From Candidatus Woesearchaeota archaeon (lineage in GTDB: Archaea > Nanobdellota > Nanobdellia > Pacearchaeales > GW2011-AR1), in the NCBI GenBank assembly GCA_964573625.1, contig CAZNJU010000001.1, positions 673,510 through 737,509 of the forward strand: a DNA stretch of 64,000 bases, in the 5' to 3' direction. Below the pieces are notes generated by a model. The model was not told the origin of the DNA, ran no database searches, and was given only the letters and a program-made list of their open reading frames with translations. Below, piece after piece: positions 35,658 to 44,570 of the stretch. The first letter of the stretch is position 1. The number at the start of each line of letters is the position of its first letter. The position numbers and the translations under genes are program-made.

Positions 35658-37331
35658 GGTAAGACGAGCTTACTGGATGCATTCCGCAGTAGCTCATTGC
35701 AAGAGCTGGAAGCAGGTGGAATAACCCAGAAGATTTCATTTACTAAGTTCCCGCTGGAGCAAATTCACACCATGTGTCCTCTTCTCAAAGAGAAAGGTGT
35801 CGATCTGACAATTCCTGGCTTTCTCTTCATCGACACACCAGGTCATGCAGCGTTCACACACCTACGTAAGCGTGGAGGCTCACTTGCAGACCTTGCTATC
35901 GTAGTCGTTGACATAAAAGAAGGAATAAAACCGCAGACTGCTGAAGTAATTTCAATTCTAAAGACAAACAAAACACCGTTTGTTATAGCGTTAAACAAAA
36001 TAGATACGTTATCCGGATGGCAGCGTAAAAGCACGGTAAAAGAATCGATTGAATCACAAACAATCAACGTGCGTGAAGAGTTCGATACTGCCTTGCTGAC
36101 ATTTCAAGGAGCACTACAAGCACACGGATTCGACTCTGATTTATTCTACGAAATGACTGATTTCAGTAAAAAGATTGCCCTCGTACCATGCTCGGCTCGT
36201 ACAAAACAGGGCATTCCCGAATTGCTATTCGTTCTATGCGGATTATGTCAAAAATTCCTTTCTAAGCAACTTCAACTTGCAGACGATGCAAAAGGAGTCG
36301 TACTCGAGATAAAAAAGGAAAAAACGATGGAACAAGTAGAAGCAATTCTCTATGATGGTACGTTACATGAAGGAGACGAAATAGCGATTGCAACATTTGA
36401 TGATCTAATTGTAACAAAAGTGCGTGCTATGGAAGAGATGCAGCCCCTCAGTGTTAAGTACAAAACCGTTTCAGAAGCACAAGCCGCAACAGGATTACGT
36501 CTACGGTTGACTGATAAAACAGGAGTTTTACCAGGTATGCCTTTCCAATATGTGCATAACAACCTAAATGAAATCCGGGCCCAATTCAAGAAAGAAGTTT
36601 CTGGTTCGATAACGACTGATAAGATGGGAATTATTGCCAAAGCAGACTCTTTAGGAAGTCTTGAAGCATTACTAACGTTATTACGGCAGGCAAATATTCA
36701 GGTCGTTAAAGCAGGAATTGGCCCCATTGGCAAAGTAGACATTACTGCGGCAAAGGCAAATTTAGACATTAATCCCTTAGACGCACTTATTATAGGATTT
36801 AATGTTGAGTCAGAACAAGACCTTGATTTTGGATCAATCAAAGTTTTTACGAATGAAGTAGTGTATAAGCTAATTGATGATTTGCGAGAATGGCGAGAGC
36901 ACAAGCAAAAAGAAATAGAAAAAGAAAAGCTCATGGGTCTTGCAACTATTTGTAAAATGGAAATTTTACCGCAGTACGTATTTCGCAATTCCAATCCAGC
37001 CATATTCGGAGTAAAAATGATCTCGGGCACCGTAAAGGTAGGCATCCCTCTTATTGATAATAACAATGAAGAGGTAGCTCACGTTAAAGGAATACAATCT
37101 GATAAGCATTCAGTTCAGGAAGCAACGGCAGGTATGGAAGTAGCCATCTCATTGCCAGGAGTCACATTTGACAGACAACTAAAAACAGTTACACATTTAT
37201 ACGCGAATCTTTCCGAAATCCAATTTCGAGCATTTAAGAAACATAAAGACTTGCTAAGCTCAGATGAACTTCGAGTTTTACAAGAAATTGCTGATAAAAA
37301 GAGAAAAATAAATCCTGAATGGGGAATATAA
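35610..37331 (+). CDS. infB: translation initiation factor aIF5B (IF2 homolog)
   Basis: IITVAGHVDHGKTSLLD G1, DTPGH G3, NKID G4; domain II-IV beta-barrels. Confidence 0.9.
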   Translation: MNIRQPIITVAGHVDHGKTSLLDAFRSSSLQELEAGGITQKISFTKFPLEQIHTMCPLLKEKGVDLTIPGFLFIDTPGHAAFTHLRKRGGSLADLAIVVVDIKEGIKPQTAEVISILKTNKTPFVIALNKIDTLSGWQRKSTVKESIESQTINVREEFDTALLTFQGALQAHGFDSDLFYEMTDFSKKIALVPCSARTKQGIPELLFVLCGLCQKFLSKQLQLADDAKGVVLEIKKEKTMEQVEAILYDGTLHEGDEIAIATFDDLIVTKVRAMEEMQPLSVKYKTVSEAQAATGLRLRLTDKTGVLPGMPFQYVHNNLNEIRAQFKKEVSGSITTDKMGIIAKADSLGSLEALLTLLRQANIQVVKAGIGPIGKVDITAAKANLDINPLDALIIGFNVESEQDLDFGSIKVFTNEVVYKLIDDLREWREHKQKEIEKEKLMGLATICKMEILPQYVFRNSNPAIFGVKMISGTVKVGIPLIDNNNEEVAHVKGIQSDKHSVQEATAGMEVAISLPGVTFDRQLKTVTHLYANLSEIQFRAFKKHKDLLSSDELRVLQEIADKKRKINPEWGI

Positions 37332-37765
37332 TGGGAAAAATAAGTCTTGCTGGCGGGATCGTTCTGAATGAGAAAGGAGAAGTAGCGCTCGTGAGTGAGA
37401 AAAACAATCGATGGTCCTTCCCTAAAGGACGTATAGAATCTGGTGAAACCACTCTTCAAGCAGCCCTCCGCGAGATATGGGAAGAAACAGGTATCACTTC
37501 ATTAGTAGTAATAAAAGAAATAGGAGTATACCAACGTCCAAAACTTAATCCAAAGACCAAAGCTGAGAAAAATCAGAACAAAAAGTTCACTTTATTCCTT
37601 TGTACCACACATCAAGAAAAACTAAAACCTATTCACAAAGAGCATCCTGAAGCGCGTTGGTTTAATATTTCCAAGGTAGCACGAACCCTCACCCATCCTA
37701 CAGACAAGAAATTCTTCAATTCTATCAAGCGCAGTGTTGCAGCCTTTGCACAAGACAATCTTTAA
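37319..37765 (+). CDS. NUDIX hydrolase
   Basis: Nudix box GRIESGETTLQAALREIWEETGI. Confidence 0.85.
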   Translation: MGNIMGKISLAGGIVLNEKGEVALVSEKNNRWSFPKGRIESGETTLQAALREIWEETGITSLVVIKEIGVYQRPKLNPKTKAEKNQNKKFTLFLCTTHQEKLKPIHKEHPEARWFNISKVARTLTHPTDKKFFNSIKRSVAAFAQDNL

Positions 37766-37789
37766 AAACCCACTTTTGCATACACTCGT

Positions 37790-38206
37790 ATGCCTATAAA
37801 AGTCAATATTGCAGATAAAGGAAAAACCTGGCGAATAGAGGTAGCTCATGACGCTCTAATTGGTAAATCTCTTGGAGAGACTATCAAAGGTAGTGAGCTT
37901 TCATCTGATCTTGAAGGATACGAGTTCATGATACGAGGCGCATCGGATATTGCGGGATTCCCACATAAGATAGATGTGGAAGGAAGCGCTCTTAGACGTG
38001 TTCTTTTAACAAGAGGATGGGGTATGCGCGATAACACTGAAGGAATGCGACGCCGAAAGACAGTTCGAGGAAAGCAAATTTCTGAAAAGACTACTCAACT
38101 TAATCTCAACGTGAGCAAAGCAGGTTCAAAGAAACTTCAAGATATCTTCCCAGACCAGAACAAGCCAAAAGAAGCAAAGGCTGAAGCACCAGCTCCTGCT
38201 CAATAA
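37790..38206 (+). CDS. rps6e: 30S ribosomal protein S6e
   Basis: MPIKVNIADKGKTWRIEV... canonical S6e N-terminus. Confidence 0.85.
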   Translation: MPIKVNIADKGKTWRIEVAHDALIGKSLGETIKGSELSSDLEGYEFMIRGASDIAGFPHKIDVEGSALRRVLLTRGWGMRDNTEGMRRRKTVRGKQISEKTTQLNLNVSKAGSKKLQDIFPDQNKPKEAKAEAPAPAQ

Positions 38207-38254
38207 ATTACTACCTGAGAGTAGATTTATAAACCCTAATTTTTACATTTTCTT

Positions 38255-38704
38255 ATGAAAAGAATACATCAAGCTTATGAAAGAAACGCATATACTCAGC
38301 GAATGCGCCATGAGCCCTTAAAAAGCGTTCCAGAAAGATACGTGGAAAGAGATCACTCAAAAGAATTTCACAGAAAAGAGAAGGTAATTCAAACAGAAAT
38401 ATATACGGCAATAGATGAGGCTTCGATTAACTTAGCTTTACTAGTAAAAATGGCTGATGATCAAGATAGAAGATTTGCAGAAAGGCTTACAAAAGTTGTG
38501 GATAGAGAACATGAGAAAATAAGACAATACGGCTTGCCAAAAGAGGATTTTATGTCTATGATAGTTACTCATTTGGGGACAATGAAAAATAGATATGAAA
38601 GATTATCTGCTGAAAAACCGCGTGATAAGAACTATTCCTCTTGGCAAGAAAACATACAGGCTATTGAGGGACTCGTTAGGAACGCAGACACGGCAAACCT
38701 TTAA
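38255..38704 (+). CDS. hypothetical protein
   Basis: 149-aa charged helical ORF. Confidence 0.4.
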   Translation: MKRIHQAYERNAYTQRMRHEPLKSVPERYVERDHSKEFHRKEKVIQTEIYTAIDEASINLALLVKMADDQDRRFAERLTKVVDREHEKIRQYGLPKEDFMSMIVTHLGTMKNRYERLSAEKPRDKNYSSWQENIQAIEGLVRNADTANL

Positions 38705-38728
38705 AACACCTTCCTTCTCAGTACTTAA

Positions 38729-39928
38729 ATGAAAGAATTAGACGTTACCAAATTAGAGACTATTAATGTCATTATGGCAGGCCATATTGACCATGGTAAG
38801 ACGACGCTTCTCTATAAGCTCAGCGGAAAGTGGACCGACACTCACTCTGAAGAACTCAAACGAGGAATCACTATCAAGTTAGGGTATGCTGACACTATTC
38901 TTTACAAAACAGATAACGGATACACGCAAGAAAAAAAAGGTGCTCCGTACAGATATATCTCATTTGTTGACGCGCCAGGACATGAAATGCTTATGGCCAC
39001 TATGCTTTCAGGAGCAGCTATTGTTGATGCAGCAATTCTAGTAGTTGCAGCAAATGAAGGAATAAAACCCCAGACACGTGAACATTTGATTGCATTACAA
39101 GCAAAAAAGATACAGAACATTATCATCGTCCAAAACAAAATTGATCTCGTAACTAAAGAACAAGCCCTCAAAAATTATCAGGAAATAAAAGCGCTCCTCA
39201 AAGGAACGTTTGCAGAAAATGCACCAATCATTCCAGTCTCTGCACAACAAGAAGTCAATCTTGATAAAATATACGAAGTGCTTTGCACAATCCCTATTCC
39301 GCCACGCGATGCTAAAGGTGAACCCCTCTTCATTATAGCTAGAAGCTTCGACATTAACAAGCCTGGCACGACACCAGACAAGCTTCATGGAGCCGTTCTT
39401 GGAGGAACATTGAAAAGAGGCACGTTAAAGAAAGGAGATATTATTGAAATAAAACCAGGTACTACCGTAAAGGAAGCCAATCAAGTTCATTATAAAACGC
39501 TTAAAACAAAAATCAAGAGTCTTTTCAAAGGAAGTTATCAGGTAGATGAAATAACTCCCGGTGGATCAGTATCTATAGAAACCGAAATGGACATGAGTCT
39601 CGGTAAAGCAGACGTTCTCTCCGGAGCAGTTGTTTCAACCGCAGGCAAACTTCCAGAAATAGCCTTCTCTCTCAAAATGAAATATTCTCTCTTCAAAGAA
39701 ATTCTCGGTGCTCAACAAAAAACAGCGGTAGATCCCTTGAAAGCAAGTGAGACACTTATGTTAAGCATTAACACATCAGTCACGGTAGGAATGGTGAAGC
39801 GTGTAACGCCTCAAGATGCTGAACTTACCCTTAGAATTCCAGTCGTCCCATTCAAAGGCGAGAATATAGGCATCGCACGAAATATTAACAATCACTGGCG
39901 CCTTATAGGTTATGGAGAGATTATCTAA
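38729..39928 (+). CDS. eif2g: translation initiation factor aIF2 gamma subunit
   Basis: MAGHIDHGKTTL, HSEELKRGITIKLGYAD, DAPGHE, NKID; note absence of the four zinc-knuckle Cys usually found after GYA. Confidence 0.9.
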   Translation: MKELDVTKLETINVIMAGHIDHGKTTLLYKLSGKWTDTHSEELKRGITIKLGYADTILYKTDNGYTQEKKGAPYRYISFVDAPGHEMLMATMLSGAAIVDAAILVVAANEGIKPQTREHLIALQAKKIQNIIIVQNKIDLVTKEQALKNYQEIKALLKGTFAENAPIIPVSAQQEVNLDKIYEVLCTIPIPPRDAKGEPLFIIARSFDINKPGTTPDKLHGAVLGGTLKRGTLKKGDIIEIKPGTTVKEANQVHYKTLKTKIKSLFKGSYQVDEITPGGSVSIETEMDMSLGKADVLSGAVVSTAGKLPEIAFSLKMKYSLFKEILGAQQKTAVDPLKASETLMLSINTSVTVGMVKRVTPQDAELTLRIPVVPFKGENIGIARNINNHWRLIGYGEII

Positions 39929-39960
39929 ATCTTTAAATAATTAGTAATTTTCAAAAAAGT

Positions 39961-40395
39961 ATGGGTATTAAAGGGTACAATCTTTTTTTCGGATTCGTTG
40001 CAGGAGCGGCGATAGGAGGAGCCGGCGGAATAATAGAACATCATCTAACAATTAGAGAGATAGAACAACAAAGAGAAAATGCAATAACATTTTTAGAGCC
40101 AAGATCCGAACGCCAAGAATATAACGATTTGCGATTAAAGTTAACTATTGATAGTCCATTAAGTGACCTGACACGTTATCAAGAACTCTCAAAAACCTCT
40201 CCAGTTACTGATTTAATTGAATTACGTAAGAGTTATGATAACAAGTTGTGGGAAGAAGAAAGCAAAGCAATTGATAAAATGTTAACTTGTGCAGGTATTG
40301 GCGCAGTATCCGGAACAGCAGGAATGGCTGGTCTCGGTTATTTATCAGGTGTTCTTCACCAAAGAGCATCGAGAAGACGAAGAATTCTAACCTAA
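39961..40395 (+). CDS. hypothetical protein with Gly-zipper termini
   Basis: 144-aa ORF, GxxxG-rich N- and C-terminal hydrophobic segments. Confidence 0.35.
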   Translation: MGIKGYNLFFGFVAGAAIGGAGGIIEHHLTIREIEQQRENAITFLEPRSERQEYNDLRLKLTIDSPLSDLTRYQELSKTSPVTDLIELRKSYDNKLWEEESKAIDKMLTCAGIGAVSGTAGMAGLGYLSGVLHQRASRRRRILT

Positions 40396-40429
40396 CAATC
40401 TTTTTAATGTTGACATATATGCATAGCTT

Positions 40430-43312
40430 ATGAAAGCTATTGAAAAAAAAGAGGGTCCGTGTGTTATTCTTGCGGGAGCGGGAACAGGAAAGACGCGCAC
40501 ACTCGTAGAAAAAATAAAAACACTTGTGCAAAACAACCACTACCTCCCTGAAGAAATTGTTTGTCTAACGTTCTCAAATGAAGCTGCTGAATCTCTTCAT
40601 AAACGTGTAATTGGCAGTATTTCTGGAGAAAATGGAGTTACCATAAAAACAATTCACTCGTTTTGTGCGGATCTTCTCAGGAAATCCTCTCCAGAATATG
40701 AAAGCTTTCGGATATGGCTTCCTGAAGACGCAATCATAAAGCTACATACAAGTTTCAAACTCCCTTCCAATCTCTGTCATAAATATGTAAAAGCAATAGG
40801 TACAGCAAAAGACCTAGGTATCACATATGAATCGTGCAAAACATATGTGCAAAATAGTCTAAAAGATCTTCCTGAGAATTATGAAAAACATCTTGAAGAC
40901 CTTCAGTTCAAACTTCAAACGCTCCATCTTGATAAGAGCAAGAAAAAAGAAAAAACACCTCTCTCTGAAGAGATTGATAGGCTATCGTTGATAGTTCAAC
41001 GTAAAAAATTCCTTGATACCTGGGCAGCTTATGAAAAACTTAAGACTAAGAAAAATGCACTTGACTACGGCGATCTAACCATGCGCGTTCTTGAATTAGT
41101 GCGAAAAAAACCGCAAGTTCTAGAGCAATACAAATATCTCCTTGTTGACGAGTTTCAGGACACAAATAAAATGCAACTTGAACTAATAGAAAGCATTGCT
41201 CATCACAAGAACGTGACTATCGTAGGCGATTTGAATCAGTCTATATATCGATTCAGAGGAGCTTATACTGATACATTTTCATATTTTAAAAAACAATTCA
41301 ATGTTTCACCAGAAGATGTATTCACCTTAGACAAGTCTTATCGGTCACCTAATACTGTCTTAACACTTGCTCATGAGATTATTAAGCATAATTACGAAAA
41401 ACCTGAAGAATGTTTCTTTGTGCAGAATGCGGAAGGAAAAGAAGGGGGTCGTGTAGAAGTAGTTGAATTAAACAATGGCAAAGAAGAGGTACGTAAAATA
41501 ATCGAAATAATTAAAGACGAGTCAAAAACAAGACCTCTAGAGGAGATATGCGTTCTCTACAGAACACATCAGCAAGCAATTTCCCTCAAACGTGAACTTG
41601 AAGCAATAGACATACCTTACACGGCAGTCTCTTCACAATCACTGTACAAACAGCCAATAATCAAAACAATTGTTGATTACTTAACCGTAATGCATAGACT
41701 CGGGAGCAAATCAAAGGGAGGAGAACATGCGTGGTGGGGTCTTGTGCACAATCTATCCTTATCAAAAGAAGATGAGATCACATTTGCACGTTATCTTAAA
41801 GATTTAAGACAGAATGACTGTCCAAGCATTAAAATAATCAACAACCCTTTTCCAGATAAGATAAGCGAAGAAGGAAAGAGAAAGCTAGATATGCTTATAT
41901 CTCGAATAAAATCACTCATTCCTTCCTTAGTTAAACCTGTCTCGATATTGCTTGAAGAAATCTACTCCTTGCTTGAGAAAAATCCTGAGACAAAAGAGGG
42001 TCGAGATGCATTAGCGCACATTCAAGCCTTCCACGCAAAAGCTCTCGAACATATAGAACATGAAAACGGTGATCTAGGAACACTGTTAGGATACATAGAG
42101 ATAACCAATACGTTAGGCATAGATGTTCCCGTTCCGGCTCAAGAAACGAGCGGAATTAGAATAATGACTGCTCACGCAACAAAGGGTCTTGAATATCCGG
42201 TAGTCATTCTAGCATCATTTGCAGATAAACGATTTCCACTTGAGAGATATTCACATGATTCTCTCATTCCTTACGAGTTATACTCTGAATTCAAAGATGT
42301 TGTTGCTACGGCAGGATTTGAGTTTGCCGTAGAAGATCATGAGCGCGAAAACCAGTTAAAAGAAGAGCGAAGACTGGCATACGTGGCATGCACGCGAGCA
42401 CGGGAGAAGTTATACATTACCTACGCATTAGATTACGGAGGAAAATCATCTGCACCTTCAACATTTCTTAAAGAAGTAGATTATGCCCATAATTCTTCAA
42501 TTGAATTCATTCAAGACAAAGAGGATAAGTATAAACCTACAGAGGTTACGATTGTTTCCGCAGCAACGCTTCCCGAAAAAGCAATTTTCTTCTCCCCTTC
42601 ATCACTCGTACTATACACTGAATGTCCTAAACGGTACGAATATCGTTATGTATACAATATGCCTGAGCCTGAACCTCTTTCATGGGAAGCAATGAAACTC
42701 GGGTCGTTCGTTCATATGATAATAGAATACGGCGTTAAAGAAAACTTCAAACAACTTGCCCCATTTATCATTTTCGCAAAAGAAATGCATCTTAAACCTG
42801 AGTGGAACACTTTAGATATTCGAGAAGCGCTCAAACTCATATCTGTTTTCTTCGAGCGTAATAAGAATAAATATGATGATCGCTCGCTTAATGAACAGCG
42901 ACTCTATTTAGTTCTTGAAGGAATTCGCTTTCAAGGAGTAGCTGACAGAATAGATAGACATGATGATGGTCTTGAAATTATAGACTATAAAACAGGGGCT
43001 TCCAACGTAAGTCCGAAGGCGCGAAACTGGCAACTCGGGTTTTATGCCCTTGCTTCATCGCAAATGGGCCCAGTTAAGAGAGTAACCTTGGACATGCTTA
43101 AACATGAACGCCCTCTCGAATTTGATATAGACGAAGAAGGCAATGCGAAAGAAATCAACGCGGGTAAAATGTCCTTTAATTTATACCAGATAGAGAAAGA
43201 GCTTATTGCTACAGCCAAAGAAATATTGCATTGTTACAAAACACAGTTTCCAGCGTGTACTCCCGAGAAAAACTGTCCTTTCTGCAACGAATGGGTCTAT
43301 AAATACGCTTAA
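40430..43312 (+). CDS. UvrD/PcrA-type SF1 helicase fused to C-terminal PD-(D/E)XK (Cas4/AddB-like, Fe-S) nuclease
   Basis: Walker A ILAGAGTGKTRTL, motif II LLVDEFQDTN, motif VI VACTRAREKL; C-terminal nuclease with Cys1 (ECPKRYEY) plus C-x5-C-x2-C (CTPEKNCPFC) and DYKTG catalytic motif. Confidence 0.8.
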   Translation: MKAIEKKEGPCVILAGAGTGKTRTLVEKIKTLVQNNHYLPEEIVCLTFSNEAAESLHKRVIGSISGENGVTIKTIHSFCADLLRKSSPEYESFRIWLPEDAIIKLHTSFKLPSNLCHKYVKAIGTAKDLGITYESCKTYVQNSLKDLPENYEKHLEDLQFKLQTLHLDKSKKKEKTPLSEEIDRLSLIVQRKKFLDTWAAYEKLKTKKNALDYGDLTMRVLELVRKKPQVLEQYKYLLVDEFQDTNKMQLELIESIAHHKNVTIVGDLNQSIYRFRGAYTDTFSYFKKQFNVSPEDVFTLDKSYRSPNTVLTLAHEIIKHNYEKPEECFFVQNAEGKEGGRVEVVELNNGKEEVRKIIEIIKDESKTRPLEEICVLYRTHQQAISLKRELEAIDIPYTAVSSQSLYKQPIIKTIVDYLTVMHRLGSKSKGGEHAWWGLVHNLSLSKEDEITFARYLKDLRQNDCPSIKIINNPFPDKISEEGKRKLDMLISRIKSLIPSLVKPVSILLEEIYSLLEKNPETKEGRDALAHIQAFHAKALEHIEHENGDLGTLLGYIEITNTLGIDVPVPAQETSGIRIMTAHATKGLEYPVVILASFADKRFPLERYSHDSLIPYELYSEFKDVVATAGFEFAVEDHERENQLKEERRLAYVACTRAREKLYITYALDYGGKSSAPSTFLKEVDYAHNSSIEFIQDKEDKYKPTEVTIVSAATLPEKAIFFSPSSLVLYTECPKRYEYRYVYNMPEPEPLSWEAMKLGSFVHMIIEYGVKENFKQLAPFIIFAKEMHLKPEWNTLDIREALKLISVFFERNKNKYDDRSLNEQRLYLVLEGIRFQGVADRIDRHDDGLEIIDYKTGASNVSPKARNWQLGFYALASSQMGPVKRVTLDMLKHERPLEFDIDEEGNAKEINAGKMSFNLYQIEKELIATAKEILHCYKTQFPACTPEKNCPFCNEWVYKYA

Positions 43313-43335
43313 AAAGCGAATATAGATCTAGTTAT

Positions 43336-43731
43336 ATGGATAACAAGAGAAATATTCCCGAAATAGCCATAATGACTGCAGCAAAACATGCAGAACTACT
43401 AGTGCCTGACTTCCTTAAACATGCCCATAATCCTGAGAGATATTTTCCAAAGAAATACCATACGTTGCATGAAGCAGAAGAATATGTTCGCGAACTAGAT
43501 AATTCCCAAAGAGTATTAGAGGCATTAGTTCATGGTTACTGGACACGTATAGGGTATGATCCGAGCTTCGAACAAAAATATGCTCGAGATAGTGTACTGA
43601 CAGCATACAATTCCTGCTATGATTATTATGAATCTCTAAGGCATAAGGCTCTAAAATTCATAGGAAGAACAAAAGATCATCACCTACAAGCTAAAAGTAG
43701 CCACCCAAAAAAGAAGAGAGTTACTTCTTAG
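43336..43731 (+). CDS. hypothetical protein
   Basis: 131-aa ORF. Confidence 0.4.
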   Translation: MDNKRNIPEIAIMTAAKHAELLVPDFLKHAHNPERYFPKKYHTLHEAEEYVRELDNSQRVLEALVHGYWTRIGYDPSFEQKYARDSVLTAYNSCYDYYESLRHKALKFIGRTKDHHLQAKSSHPKKKRVTS

Positions 43732-44026
43732 AAACTTTTTCTTCCTTAAGTAAGTATTTTGAAAGCATAAAAACGACGAAGGCAACAACTACGAAGTTTA
43801 TGAACGCTGCAAGGAAAGGACCCCAACCAAGAGCTATCGGACCAAGGTTCCAGACAGCAGTTTGCCATCCTCCGCCAGGTATGAATGGTGTAATAAGAGG
43901 CATGATAATATTATCAACAAGTGACTTAACAAGTGTATTCGCTGCAAGTCCAATAATAACTGCAATCGCCAAGCCTATAACTTTATACTCTTTAAGAAAT
44001 TCGTGAAATTCTTTAAGCAACTTCAT
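43721..44026 (-). CDS. mscL: large-conductance mechanosensitive channel
   Basis: MKLLKEFHEFLKEYKVIGLAIAVIIGLAANTLVKSLVDNIIMPLI canonical MscL TM1 region. Confidence 0.85.
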   Translation of the reverse strand: MKLLKEFHEFLKEYKVIGLAIAVIIGLAANTLVKSLVDNIIMPLITPFIPGGGWQTAVWNLGPIALGWGPFLAAFINFVVVAFVVFMLSKYLLKEEKVSKK

Positions 44027-44099
44027 ATCACTAAAAATGAAGGAGAGTATTTAAGTGTTATTCCCGTAAATATAAAAACACCTTTTTCCTCCATAAAAA

Positions 44100-44534
44100 A
44101 TGGGAAAAGAGCATCTTGCCACAATGGTAGGACTGACAGTGATATTAGTTATATTGTTTTCCGTAGGTGTAATTCGTCAAAATATGGAAAGTTCACCTAA
44201 AAATTACATAGGTCATAACGCTGATACTTGTTCTAAGATACGATTTGTCTGTGCACCGGGGTATGTCTATTTCTCAGATGGAAACGGTTGTGGTTGTGAA
44301 GTTAAGTCTGTTGAGCCTGCCATGGATCCTCAAATTAATACCTCTCAGTGCTCTCCAGAAAGTAGAAATGGAGAGGTTTGTCCCGAAATATATAGCCCGG
44401 TTTGCGGATGGTTTGATTCTGCAAAAGTGCAATGTATCAAATATCCATGTGCTTCAACATATAGCAACAGTTGTGAAGCTTGTCACAACGAAAACGTTAA
44501 AGAATATACCTCTGGCACGTGCCCACAAGAGTAA
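44100..44534 (+). CDS. secreted Cys-rich protein with Kazal-like domain
   Basis: signal anchor; CPEIYSPVCGWFDS...YPCASTYSNSCEAC...GTC resembles the Kazal C..PVCG.D..TY.N.C..C pattern; additional Cys-rich N-region. Confidence 0.4.
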   Translation: MGKEHLATMVGLTVILVILFSVGVIRQNMESSPKNYIGHNADTCSKIRFVCAPGYVYFSDGNGCGCEVKSVEPAMDPQINTSQCSPESRNGEVCPEIYSPVCGWFDSAKVQCIKYPCASTYSNSCEACHNENVKEYTSGTCPQE

Positions 44535-44570
44535 AAATATATTTATATACCGTGATAGTGTGAGAAAAGA

